From contig RBNJ01000001.1 in the NCBI GenBank assembly GCA_003990765.1, positions 1 through 64,000 on the forward strand: a DNA stretch of 64,000 bases, in the 5' to 3' direction. The DNA is from Jimgerdemannia flammicorona. Lineage: Eukaryota. The stretch's first letter is position 1, and each line of letters opens with the position of its first letter. Below are positions 26,201 through 38,639 of this stretch, one piece after another. Both the position numbers and the translations under genes were made by a program. The notes beneath the pieces were generated by a model that saw only the letters and a list, made by a program, of their open reading frames with translations, had not been told where the DNA came from and did not search any database.

Positions 26201-28405
26201 CTTGATTTGTTCTCTGGATTCTACCAAATTGGCCTTACATCTGAAGCCAGCAAAAAGTCAGCCTTCATCACCCCAGATGGAACTTATATCTATCTCCACA
26301 TGCCCTTCGGAATGTGCAATGCACCAGCAAGCTTCCAGTGAATGATGAACAGTATCTTCAGAGATGTTATGGAGAAATAGATGATGGTATACATAGATGA
26401 TGTGATCATCTTCAGCCAAACAGCCAAAGAACACTTGGACCATATTGAGGAAATCCTCAGAAGACTTCACAAACATGGCCTCTATATCAAGCCCAAGAAA
26501 TGCAAGTTTGGAGAAGAAGAAATTACATACCTTAGACACATCATCAACCATGAAGGAACACATACAGACCCTACAAAGATCAAGGCAGTAGCAGCATACC
26601 CAGTACCTACTAGTACTACTGAAGCCCAAGCCTTCATGGGACTTGCATCCTACTATAGAAGATTTATCAGAAGGTTCTCCCACATCACTAGTCCTATCTA
26701 TGATCTGTTCAGAAAAGAGGTCAAGTTTCAGTGGACTCAGCAGCAGCAACTAGCCTTTGACAAGCTCAAGACCAGATTGACCCAGGCCCCAATCCTGAGA
26801 AGACCTGACTGGACTCAAGAGTTTATTCTGTAGACAGATGCCAGTGCAATGGAACTTGGAGCTATCCTCGCACAAAAGAAGAATGGTGCCGAATATGTGG
26901 TAGCTTATCTCAGCCAAGGTACCCGAGGAGCTGAGCAGTCCTATGAATTATACAAGTTGGAATGTCTTGCAGTCATCTGGGCTGTGGAGAAGTTCCACTA
27001 CTATCTGGCTGGCAGACACTTCACCATCCAGACAGATCATTCAGCACTCACCTGGTTGCTCACTATCAATGAACCCAAAGGAATCTATGCCTGATGGATC
27101 ATGAAGCTGCAAGCATATGATGCCATGATCACCCACTGCCCTGGAAGAACCAATGCCAATGCCGACACCCTCTCATGGACACTCCGAAGGACTCCATCCC
27201 TACAAAATCACCATGAATAAAGAGCTGTATTATGGAATCATCAGCTACCTGGGGTAGCAAAAGATGCCCCTGCATCTGGAAGAATGGACAAAAATAATTA
27301 TTAATCAGACATGGAAACAATTCGAAACTGATGGAGAAATACTCAAGAAAGGACAACAATTAGTCATCCCTGAGTACCGGAAGAATCAAGTGATGAAAGA
27401 AATACATGAACAAGGTCACGTAGGAGGAACAAATATATATGACAAAGCAAGAAGAACCATGTGGTGGCCCAGAATGGAAGAAGATATCAGACAATTTGTC
27501 AGAACCTGTGACAAATGCCAGAAATAGGAACAAGACTGACAGGATCAAGCCCCTGGATCAGCAGATATCGAACCAATACCATTTGCCCACATCGCAATGG
27601 ATGTAATTAGCCCTCTACCCTTGACACTGACTGGCAACTGATATGTCATTGTAATAGTAGATCTATTTACAAAATGGGTAGAGGCTGAACCCCTCAAGGA
27701 AGCCAATGTACAGTCAATTGCCAATTTCTTTCATAGAGAAATCATCTGCCGATTCAAGACCCCAAAGCAAGTTACTACAGACAGAGGAACAGAATTCATC
27801 AACCAGTTCCATGAGGTTCTTTATAAGAAGTACAAGATTCAACATATCAAGACCATAGCCTATTACCTACAAGAAAATGGACAAGCAGAAAGAACCAACA
27901 AGACTCTCAAGAACATCATCGCCAAGATCTGTGATGAATATGGAAACTGAGACCACTATCTACCAATAGCATTATCCACTCTGCGGGATATACGATCACA
28001 AAGCACCCATTTTATACCACGAGAAATGCTATTTGGTGAAGAAGGTTCTGGTGGAAGTTTGTTAGCAAGTAATGATGCAATCTGGAAGCATGTGAATATG
28101 GAGATACAGAGGTTGCATCAAATTAGGAAAAAGGCAGAAGATTATATAATCAAGATGCAGGCACTATAACAGAGCAATGCAGAAAAAACCCACAAGCCCC
28201 TGGAGATTATCAAGATAGGAGATGAAGTCCTAGTATATCAGAATATGGTAGAAGCCTCTTGGTCACAAAAACTGGAGCCTAAATGGGAAGGACCTTACCT
28301 GGTGCAAGATATAAAAGGGACCACTTTCCAACTACAAAAGCCCTCAGGCACAATAATCCCCACCACTATTCACCGAAACTGACTCAAGAAGTACCATGGC
28401 CAATA
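23241..28405 (+). pseudogene. pol: Gypsy C gag-pol (essentially one frame, with stops and a frameshift near 25345)
   Basis: RPPVFHG; knuckle CYNCREEGHYAFEC (24000-24041); decayed protease AIIDMRAG; RT SPWSSPIVLVPKK, CIDYRRLN, VYIDD; RNase H TDAS; integrase HHCC (H..GH..CDKC) and KLEPKWEGPY. Confidence 0.93.
25290..25700 (+). pseudogene. dut: Gypsy C dUTPase domain
   Basis: AGMDL, RSSLAK, GGVIDSDYTGEI, RLVQML and RERAGFGSTG cover motifs 1-5. Confidence 0.95.
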
Positions 28406-28857
28406 ACTGGAGCACTGCAGCAGCACTCAAGATCACTAGTGCTGCACAAAGGGCTATTGAAAGACAATGGCACACCACTGAGTCTCCAACCATAGAGGCA
28501 TACTATGAGAATATTCAGAGTATTGTACAGACTCATCTCTCTTGGATCTCACATTTTAGTGCCTACCAACATCGGGTAGAGTTCCAAGAGTACTTCAAGC
28601 TTGGATGGGTGCTCAACCAGGATCCAGCAAAGACCAAAGAAGACTGAATTGCAGAGTGCCAACTCTCCTACTCACAGATCACTATTGCCAAAAGGATCCA
28701 CAAGCTATTTTGAGAAGATGAATCAGCATTAGCCCACCTGCAAGGAGTAACCCCTACTGACTTTAATAAAATAAGGAGACATCATTGGGAGACAGTCATG
28801 CAACAAATTGAACAGTACAAAACCATACAGACAGTCAAAGCATGGGAGTTTGAATAG
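28396..28857 (+). pseudogene. Gypsy C accessory ORF3 (~153 aa, unknown function)
   Basis: ATG overlaps the last pol codons; two internal TGA (likely CGA or TGG); EYFKLGWVL...TIAKRIHKLF...LAHLQGVTPTDFNKI...VMQQI. Confidence 0.75.
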
Positions 28858-28894
28858 ATGCCTCAGAGATGAGATCATCTATTCAGGAGGAAGT

Positions 28895-29350
28895 TGTGAT
28901 GGTATAGCTGAATTAGGAAGAAGGAAATAGAGAATAGACACTTGATCACACCCATTTCCAAAGTAGTATAGTTTTATAGTTAGCAGTCACCGATTTTGAT
29001 ATTGTCTAAATTTCTAGACATTATCCAGATCAAACACCCCAATTTAGTATAGCATTTTGACATTGTCTAAATTTCTAGACATTGTCTAAATGACTCATAA
29101 CTTAGCCGCATAACTCAGTAGCCATCTCATAGCTAACAAACTTATATAAATAACTCAGTATCTTAGAGTGAATAAACCTCAGATCGAAAGTATTAGAAAA
29201 AGAACAAGTATACTGATAAAAGGACCTTTGGGATTACCTCTTTAAATATATTTGGCCTCAAGGAACTACTGACTCTGAGAGTCAAGAAGACAAGAATTCA
29301 AGATAAAGAAATCTGATGTACTTGCTCATCTTAGCGTCTGCTACATTACA
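28895..29350 (+). repeat. 3' LTR of Gypsy C
   Basis: Direct repeat of 22686-23141. Confidence 0.95.
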
Positions 29351-29354
29351 CTAT

Positions 29355-30061
29355 ATACATAACTAGCTTAGTAGCTATGAGTTGTCACTATTCTGTAGAG
29401 ATTGTTATATCTTGAATAGCTACTAGGTTCAACCCAATTATTTCTGAGATTTTTGCTTCTAGTTAAATAGTATCAAGATGTAGTTTTTGGACTATTATAT
29501 ATACTTCTTCAGTTTGAGTGATGAGCATTACTATTTTCTTCTTAGTAATCACTAAAGTCTTTTTTATTTCTGTTTTATCCTTGGTCTTCTTTAGACATTT
29601 GGTGCTTCTTAGCAGTAGAAGTAGGCTTTGCTTTTACATAATTTTTTCTTTTTCTCTAGTATAAATTTTGATTTAGTAATAGTATCTAGATCTATTGAGA
29701 CAGAGTTTATAATCTTTTTGAGGTATCTGTATCCTTATTGGGGCTTCTTAGGTTGTTTGGATAAATGGTTTCTTCTAAAAGAGATTATATCAAAGTAGTC
29801 AGCAATCAACATTGCTTCTTCAATAATATTTGGATCTTATAGTTCTACTTCTCATCTAGGTGGTTCTTGAGTCTTTACATATATCTATCAAGCTTTTCAG
29901 CTTTATTGATATCATTGATCTCCAAGGCTATACTTATAAAGATAGTAATATAGATCTTGACTGATCTTATTTATTGCAGAGATGCCAACTTATCTCTAGC
30001 TATCTTTTTGAATTAATGGGCTATAGTTAATCTTGAAACTTATCTCAGTCTAAAAGGTCTT
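29355..30061 (-). pseudogene. gag: Gypsy A gag, middle part
   Basis: Continues 62910-63174 across the D insertion (IARDEEKD|LLD*DKFQD*L*PINSK, then RDKLA). Confidence 0.7.
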
Positions 30062-30820
30062 TGTAATAGAACGAGGCATGACGAGCGATCACGTGACCCG
30101 GCGATGACGTCATCATACGATCGAGCGCGACATACGAACGACGAATGTAACGAAGGATGCGAAATGATGCGAAAAACGATATCTAGCTTATCCCTGACAA
30201 TCGGCGCCGCAGCAACTGTTACCACAGCAGCTGATCATTGCCTAGTAATTGAGGTCCTGATCACATGTTTTTGCCAAAAACTACCTGACAAAGGTCATGA
30301 TCACAAACCTCATTATAGTTACCAAATTAGTCACTCATACTTAGTCAGAAATCGCAGACCAACTTGTATAAATACCCCCCAGTTTTTATCTGAAATAAAG
30401 CAGTTTTAGTTCAGTCCTTGATATAAGAATCAAGTCCCCCCCCCACACACACATTTCCCTGAGTCTTAGTAATGACACCTAAGTGACTTTAGTGTTTCTG
30501 ACTAAACTCCAGAAGTCTAGCTAACTTCTGTCAGAACTGAGACCAGTATATAAATCCCCAAAAGACTTAAGTAAACCCATTGAACCTGAATTTCAAGATG
30601 AATTCAGTCTGTGCACAGCAAAGAATAAGACCCTTGCAAGATAGGGCAAAGAGAAAGACCTTTGAAAGATAAGATACTGCTGCTACAACTACTTTTAAAG
30701 TGAGCACTTCCTCAAACTGAAGGCTTCTTGGTACACATTATATACTGAGTTCCTAAGTAATACTCTTACTTCTCTAATTATCCAAAGGATAAGAGAGGGG
30801 TAGAAGTGAGAGTTATTACA
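30062..30820 (+). repeat. 5' LTR of Gypsy D (CpG-rich U3 start)
   Basis: TG..CA; direct repeat of 62139-62904; GTATAAATACCCC at about 30366, AATAAA at about 30394. Confidence 0.95.
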
Positions 30821-31092
30821 ACTTGGTAGCAACAGATTACTGAGTCAAAAAGATACTAAGAATACACTCCTAAAGTTAGAACAAGACCAATCTTAGACAG
30901 GAGTAACCCCCAGAACCAATTGTGGATCTCCAAACCAGAGCCAGAGAAGCCCTTACCATTAAGACCAAGTGGTATCAGGAAACCACAGATCCAGAGATCC
31001 ACTAGCTTGCAGCCTCTTTCCAGTACCATTCAGGTTACACAACCTTTGAAAGGCACTTTCGACATCGTTTTCAGCAAAAAGAGACTAACAAC

Positions 31093-33117
31093 ATGGCAAC
31101 TGACAGGCAACCTGAGGTGCGTACTGGGCAGGGTGGCCCAAGCACTTTCAACTGGCAGCAGGTAGAGAGGGGTCCAGGCCTGGGGGGAGGTATGAGGGGC
31201 CTGCTAGTGGGTGGACGTGGAAGGGGTGGAGGAGGTGGTGGAGGATCAGGATCTGGGAGGACCAGCTTCGCGGAGATGGTGAAGGGGAGACAGCAGGCGT
31301 CAGGGCTGGAGGGCTGGCTGAGGAAGGGCAAGGAGACCAAAAAGGCGATGGTGCCAGGGGGTGCGGCCCTTGGAAGGGGGGGCAGTGGAGCTGTAGGAGT
31401 AGTGGCTGGGGGGGGTGTGACTGCTGATGGTGTTGGGACTGTTGATCTGGAAAAAAATCCAGATGTGACGGCTGATGGTGAGGCTGAGCGGCTGAGGCTT
31501 AGATGACAAGGGGACTTGGCAGATGGTGTAACGAGTCTGGCAGTGGCCCCATTACTCAAGAAATCGATTTCGGCGTTTGCGGTCACACTGTACTTCCGGG
31601 GCCTGGCAGTGACAGCAAAAATGGTGCTGGGGCTCATCGCTAAGCAGGTGGCGGGTGCAGCATCTGTGAAGTTTTTGAAGGAACTGGAAGGAGTGGAGGT
31701 GGGTTTCGAGGAGGCAGCACCACTGGAGGAGGCACTGAAGGTTGGATTGGTGGTTGGGGAGGTGTGTGTTCCAATGGTACGGTGCCTGAAGTGGGACCCC
31801 AGGGTGGTCCAACTGCTGGTGAAAGGAGTGCCAATGGTGACAGTGATGGAGACAAGGAAGAGAGTTGAGGATTTCATGGCGGAATATGGCGAGGTGGTGG
31901 ATATCGGGTTCAGAGTCTGGGAAGGGACCCTGCTCAGGACTGGTGATGTAGATGTGAGGATTCGGCTGGCTGAGAGAGAAGCCACTGGGAAGGCAAGGGA
32001 TTGGCCTTCGGCGATGGTCTGGGGAGCGATCCTGTATAGGGTGACAAGGGTGAAGGGGAGTGAGGAGGAGGAGGAGGATTTACTGGAAGTGCTAGAAGAG
32101 CTGGAGGGTGCTGTGGAGAGGCGAGCGAAGGCTTGGGAGGCTTTTGAAGAGGCAATGCACTTGGAGGTGGTGGATGGAAAGCGGATTCGAGTGACCAAGG
32201 AGCAGTGGGAAAGGGCACAGAGGCGTAAGAGGCAGAAGGAGTTGCTGGCCAAGCTGGATAGCAGACCACTGGGGGAGACGAGCAAGGTGAAGGGAACTGG
32301 GGGAGCTGAAGCGAGTGTCTGGGCTGGCGAGGGGGAGGGGAAGGACAGGGAGGAGGCGGGGGAAGACAAGAGGAAGGCTGTGAAAGACCTATATGCAGAT
32401 GGTACACTGGAGGTGTGGGAGGAGGACTGGGTGGGCTCCCCTACCCCTACTCCTCTCATCAGGCGAGGCCCGGCTTCCCAGAATAAGGTGGTGGAAGATG
32501 TACTAATGCGAGGGGCCCAGAGGGTGCAATTCAGAGTTCCAGAGGTGGCATATGGGGGACAGGTGGTGGCGGCTGGCGAGGAGGAACTGGTAGATATCCC
32601 GGAAGTATAGGATGAGTCTGCAAGTGCTGGAGCTGACACCACAATGTTGGATGGAGGGAGGCTGGCGACTCTGGGGGGGAAAGAGGTGGGAAACTTGCTT
32701 TGGATGTACTGGATGATGAATAACCTGGCGGCAGAAGAGTTGGGGGAAGTGGACTTGCAAGTGATGAGTAATGAGCATTGGACAGGAATACTGCAGGGGG
32801 ATGGCATAATGAAGGCATTGAAGGCGGAAATTCTTGCAGTGTACCTAGAGGAGGAAGGGTATGAGGTAGATAAGGAGAGGGAGGAGGAGATGGTGGTTGT
32901 TGCTGGCGAAAGGGCTGAATACTGCTGGAACAAGCGACATGAACTATAGCTCTGGCAGGAAGCATGTATCAAATACCAAGAGGAGTTTGAGGAGAAGGCC
33001 AATGGAGAGATGAATGAGCTGCTGGCTGGATTGGAGGCTCAGAGGGCCAAAGAGGAGGAGGTGGCTGCAGAACATAATTTGGACAAGATGCAGGAGGAGA
33101 TGAGCATGGAGCAGTAG
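31093..33117 (+). pseudogene. LINE ORF1 (RGG/Gly-rich, RRM-like, coiled coil)
   Basis: ORFs 31093, 31516 and 32644 share one frame with 3 internal stops; VQLLVKGVP...EYGEVVDI...RTGDVDVRIRL resembles the ORF1 RRM of L1/Tx1 elements. Confidence 0.85.
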
Positions 33118-33150
33118 AGGCTGATTGACAACATCATATATATCCTCAAT

Positions 33151-36100
33151 ATGAACAGTACAACCAACATTTTCTCTTTGAACGTGAATGGGTTAAGGGG
33201 TGCTTCTCATCATAGGAACATTTTTACTTAGATGAAGGGATTGGAGGCCGATCTCTTCCTTTTGCAGGATGTCTGGTGCGAAGATGACTCTGATAGGTTA
33301 GAATGGACAAAGGAATGGAGAGGTGTGGCGATTTGGAAGAGCAAGGTTGGGATTTTGATTAGGAAAGGCAGAGGGGAGATACAGAATGTGCGATGCTAGG
33401 GGGAGAGACTAGTCTGGGGAGAGTGGATTCGGGCGGGCTGGGAGCCAGTTACGGTTGGCTCCTGCTACTGCCCTGCAGTACGGGGTGAGAGAGTAGATTG
33501 GGTGAAAGGCTTACAGGAGAGTAGATTACTTGTGGAGGCTGGGATGGATGTGCTCGGGGGAGATTTCAATATGGTTCAAGATATACTGCTGGATAGAACA
33601 GATGGAGAATGAGGTGCTGAGAGCAGGAGTGGGGGACTGGTGGCATGAGAGGAAGTGGAAAGGCTTAGTGTGCTATTGGATGCTGGAAGAGAGTGCTGGG
33701 GGAGTAGGAGGGTCTATACACATTGGGCAGGGGGTCTGGGGACTAGAATTGACTGGATTTTGATGGCCTGCTGCTGGGGACTAGACGTTTAGAAGTCATT
33801 GGAGGTGGAATGGTGTCCATGGTCGGATTACTGGGGGCTTTTGGGACAGGGGTGCTTTGGGGGAAGTGGGGATGGGCCTGGACATTGGCACCTCAATTCC
33901 TCTTTGTTAGATGACAAGACCTGGTGGGATGAGTAGGCTAAAGACATTCAACTGAGGGTGGAGAGCTGGAGGCAGGAAGGGGCCGCAGTTGGGACTTGGT
34001 GGATGAGGATGAAGAAAATGGCTAGGATTTACTGGAAGGAGGCTGGCAAGGCAGCAGAGAAGCAGCGAAAACAAAGAGTATGCTGGGCCTCTGCTAGATT
34101 GACGAGACTCCTGGAGGAGTGGGCAAGGCTGATGATGTTGGAGGGGGAAGAAGATTGGAGATTAATGAGGGCGAAAATGGAGGTTGGGGAACTTCAATAG
34201 GTGTTGTGGGAGGAGAAAGAGGCAAAGGTACAGGGCTTGGCAGCCCATCTTCGCTGGTAAGATTTGGAGGAAGGAGAAAGGCCTTCCAAGCTTCTTACAA
34301 GGGCCCTTAGGGTGAGGCGGGTCCAGCAATGGTGGGAAGGGATATTGGACTCTGATGGTGTACTGGTGCATAGTGTACAGGATATTCTTGGATCGCTGAA
34401 GGAGAGATGGGGTAGATTGTGGAGTGAGGAAGAGGGTGGGGCAGATGCCACTACAATTGAATGAACGTTGGAGGACTGGCACCCACCACAAGTTGAAGAG
34501 CTAGGGGACCTGGTGAGGCCTGTACAGGAGGATGAGATCCACCAGGTTCTTGCCGCGACATCATCTGGTATGGCACCTGGGGAGGATAGTCTGCCCTGGG
34601 ACTTTTGGAAGTGAATGGTTGAAGTCCCAGGGATGATGGGGGAGATGACAGCATTGTGTGACCTTATTCTACAGACGGGAAGGTGGGTGGGGGAGCAGGA
34701 CCTTGGGCTGGTGATGCTGCTCTATAAAAACAAAGGAAGACAGGAGGATTGGAAGAACTGGCGGCCGATAATGCTGCTAGATATGGACAGAAAGTTGGTA
34801 ACTAAGGTGGTGGTGGCGAGACTACAGAAGGTGGCCCAGCAAGTCATGGGTGTTGAGCAGAGGGGATTTGTGGGTGGTTGGCTCATCCGGGATGGCACTG
34901 CCTGGGTGCATGGCATTATCGAAGGGGCGAGGGCCTGTGGACTGGATGGGCGGCTAGTTTTCTTGGACCAGGAGAAGGCATATGACCGGGTGTGAAGAGT
35001 CTGGCTGGAGAAAGTCTTGGATAGAATGGGGGTACCGCATCAATTCCGATCAACAATGGTCAGCCTACTGGAAGAGAGTAGGGCTATACTCACATGTAAT
35101 GGACATAGAGGGGTGGCATTCCCCTTAGGAAGGGGGGTGCCCCAGGGGGATCCACTGTCCCCCATTTTGTATGCTCTTTCCCTGAAACCACTCATGGACC
35201 GAATTAGGCAGAGGATAGTGGGGCTCTCTGTCTTTGGCATAGGATGGAAGGTTGGGGCCTTTGCTGATGACATGGTGGTGGGTTTGGGTTCGATTGCTGA
35301 TGTTGAGGAGCTCAAGAGGACTGTGGAGTGGTATGAGGAGTATTCTGGAGCTAAGCTGAATTGGCATAAGTGTGAGACAATGGTGCTCAGTAATGGCCTG
35401 GTGGGAGGGGAAGTTATAGGAACAATTGTCCCCACTGGTGAAGCGGTGCAGTACTTAGGTATCTACTTGTCAGTCTATGGGTCAGTTCTGCCCAAGCTTT
35501 GGTGGGAGCAGAGGATTGGAATCTGGGAGAAGGCTCTGCGGAGTTGAGGGGGAAGACATTTTTCTCTGGCAGGGTGGGTCTCGATTTTGAATGTCTACTG
35601 GCTGCCAAAGTTGTGGTACCTGGCATATCATCTGGACTTCCCAGCCTGGGTAGTGAAGAGATTGATGAAGGTGGCAAAGGGATGGATTTGGGCTGGCAGG
35701 CAGAGTCAGATTAGTTGGGAGACCTTGTCCCTACCAGTGGCAAGAGGTGGGCTTGGGCTGGTTGACTTCCCAAAACGGTTACACTGCTTGAGAGCATGGT
35801 GGCTGAAGAGGGCGGTGGAGTTGAGAGGAGGTGGATGGGTTCCTCTGTTACAGAAGTTATAGGAGAGGCGGGCATCGCCAAGGGGCTCAACTGGTGATCT
35901 CCTCTCCTTGGTTGGACTTCAGCATACTGCCCAACTATGATATAAAGGATTTTGGTGGGGTATTGCAGAAGGAGTGTACTGCATTAGTATTCATTAGCAG
36001 GGGAATGAAGGTGAGGAGGATTGGGACCCGGCGATGTGGAGATGGGACCGTATACTGCTGGGTGGTGCTCCTTTAGTTGAGTTTGACATTAGTGATGGAA

Positions 36101-36807
36101 TGGAATGCCAAAGGAGACCAGGCCAGGATCTGTAGCCTAGCGGTTGGCAAGGAGTTGGAATTGGCGGAGAGTGGAACTAGCATGGTGTTTGGACCTGGAG
36201 TGCTGCAGTGAGAGCATGGCTGCCACCAAAGTACTGGGTGGTCTGGTGGCGTTTGCTGTGGAGGAATATTATGCTCAATTTTCGCTCAGGGCACCTTATT
36301 GCAGGGGGCTACTTCGACTATGAGGAGTGCCATAATGTAGGGCAGGAGGGGGGTTACGTACAGATGCCAGAACATTGGCTAGGAGAGTGTGAGGTATTGG
36401 GGGATTTTTGGCAGACAATTGAGGATCGATTAGGGGTATGGGGTAGGAGTGATGAAGTATGGGGGCGATGGAAGGACTTGAGGGATAGATTGGTAGGGGG
36501 GATAGGGAAGGAGTGGCTTACTTTAGGTTGGGCTTTGGCTATTTGGGTGGGGCTGGCCAGTCATTGGCTATTTGTTTTTGAGGATGGGAGGAGGCAGAGC
36601 TTGGGGGACCGGCTGCTGCGATGGCATAGGCTTATGGAAGACACCTTAACAGGCTGGTGGCTGGGTTGGGGGATGCGGGGTGGTCGGAGGTGCCACTTGG
36701 TGGAGAAAATCTGTGGGCAAAGTGGGGGGAGAGTGGGGGTAGTTGGTGGAAGAGTGATTTTCATTCGTGAGGAAGTAGGGAGGGGCCCCCCTGTGGGGAT
36801 TGGATAG
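33151..36807 (+). pseudogene. LINE ORF2 (APE endonuclease, RT, C-terminal Cys/His remnant)
   Basis: FSLNVNGLRG, GGDFN, WKNWRPIMLL, LDQEKAYDRV, GVPQGDPLSP, AFADD, YLGI, GGLGL, EHWLGEC. Confidence 0.93.
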
Positions 36808-36900
36808 TGGGTTGGAATGATGTATATTTATTCATAGACTGGTAATAAAGGTGGAGTCCAAGTGACTATAAAAAAAAAAAAAAAGAGATCCACTAGCTTG

Positions 36901-38580
36901 TAATTGATCAGACTTACAAGGATCTATACTAGGCCTTTAGGACTTACTACTCAGGACTTAGGAATATAGTCAGCTGCTGTAGGTTCTATGAACTTCTCTG
37001 TAGACATATTGGAACCACTAGGACCCCAGAATCTACTGCTTCAGCTACCCAGAATTTTTTAGATTATATCTCACCCTCTGCTGTAAGAGAAGTAGCTACT
37101 GTGTAGATTATCTCTGATAGATATCATCAAGACCTCTCTCTACTACAGGCTAGTTGTATAATATACCTCTGCCATAACTAGGTATGAGAATAAGCAAGCA
37201 GACCACCCATCTCCTATTGCTGAACAAGAAGCAGGCCCATCTATCTAGCCAGAAACTGATATTCTCTTTGAAGGATCTAGTCAATATGAGGATGTACTAT
37301 CTCATCAGGGAAGGGAGTCAGATGAAGACCCTATAGGTTATCAGTCTGATGATAGCCAACTAGGAACAGCAGGCCTAGGAATTTACCAAGGAATCACAGG
37401 TCAAGAAGATCAGACCCTAGAACCAACTCAGTCACCTATATAGAGATTTGGTTTATCCTCTCTCACAGGACTCTTTAATCTGATATTTAGAAATCAAGTA
37501 ACCCCAAGTCATACAGCACTACAACCCCATCAGGCAGAACAATCTTCAGGAGAATCTACCGCTACAGAACTACAACCAATAGTCAATACAATAGTAGATA
37601 CCAACATTGCAGCACTGATTACCCAGCTAGTCATACTAGCAGAGATAGTAGGACAGATTGCTGAACAGAACAAGTCAACTAAGACCTTACAAATCCCAAT
37701 ATTTAGTGGAAAAAACAGTAATATTGAAATCTTCATCAATGCAGTTAATACAGATTATTGAGCTAATCAATAGAATAACAACTGAATGCTTATAGGAATG
37801 CTTACTAATAACCAGAATAATACCCTTCAACAGCTGTTTGCCACATCAGCAGCACAAGTAGAAACAGTAGCCACATTCTTCACTGGAACTACAGCTGAAT
37901 TCTGAAATATCTTAGAATAATACTCAGTAATCTGAGATAACTGCCCTCAAGTCAATGGACAAGTATCTGCCAACAATAGATTAGATTGGGATGACTATAA
38001 AGCAGGCCCAGGACTCAAGGCTCTGCTACTGACCAAATTCTGAAATACAGCCTATATATAAGAAACTTGGAACAAACTATCCCAGATGAAGTTCTACAAG
38101 AATGGTGAGAAGGATCTAGAGACCTTTGCCACTAGAATGGATGCCTATCTCAAAACTGTTGGACTTACCTATCAGGAAACCAATTTGACCATCAATAGTA
38201 CCAGAGCCAACCATCTCTTTGCAGTCCTACCAGACTGGCTCACCTAGAAGATTAAGGAATAAGGTCTTCCCCAAGGATATCTCCATTATTTATAGTGCTT
38301 TGCCCAAGTACAAAGAAGAGTCCATAAAATTCTTGCTGTATAGGCTCTATGAAATCAAGAATACAAGAAAGATAACCAAGATAGGAGAAATCCCACCAGA
38401 AGGAATGACCAAAGAAATGACTAAAGAAATGATCAAAAGAACCAGCAAAACCCCAGAGGACCAAGACCTCCTACCAAGAATGAAAAGAAGCAGCTCCATA
38501 AAAAAGGATCATACTTTATCTGCAAGAAAGCAGAATACATCTCATTCAAATGCTCTGAGAAGAGAAACAGATCAGATGAA
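36901..38580 (+). pseudogene. gag: Gypsy D gag (after the LINE insertion)
   Basis: LQIPIFSGKNSNIEIFINAVNTDY..LTNNQNNTLQQLFAT is similar to E gag (LSLPTFNG...LTNNQDHTLKQLFAT); decayed knuckle YFICKKAEYISFKC near 38510-38555. Confidence 0.8.
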
Positions 38581-38639
38581 CTCAGTAATCAGAACATTAC
38601 TGTCATTGGAGAAGGTCCAGGAAAGAAGAACCCTGAGAA

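Larger units (their letters stand above)
22686..29350 (+). mobile_element. Gypsy C: Ty3/Gypsy LTR retrotransposon, gag-PR-CHCC-dUTPase-RT-RH-INT-ORF3, no chromodomain
   Basis: 456-bp TG..CA LTRs; TSD CTAT (22682-22685, 29351-29354); PBS TGGTGCCC; PPT CAGGAGGAAGT. Confidence 0.97.
31010..36883 (+). mobile_element. LINE (L1/Tx1-like) copy 2, near full length, inserted in D gag
   Basis: Perfect 17-bp TSD AGAGATCCACTAGCTTG (30993-31009, 36884-36900); AATAAA at 36844 and poly(A) tail. Confidence 0.97.

Noticed and set aside
28396-28857. ORF3 as an env gene
   Set aside because: Too short, and no signal peptide, fusion peptide or transmembrane segment is apparent in any of the four versions.
31071-33002. 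643-aa Ser/Pro-rich antisense ORF over LINE ORF1
   Set aside because: Shadow of a G/purine-rich sense frame that rarely creates antisense stops; it is broken in copy 1.
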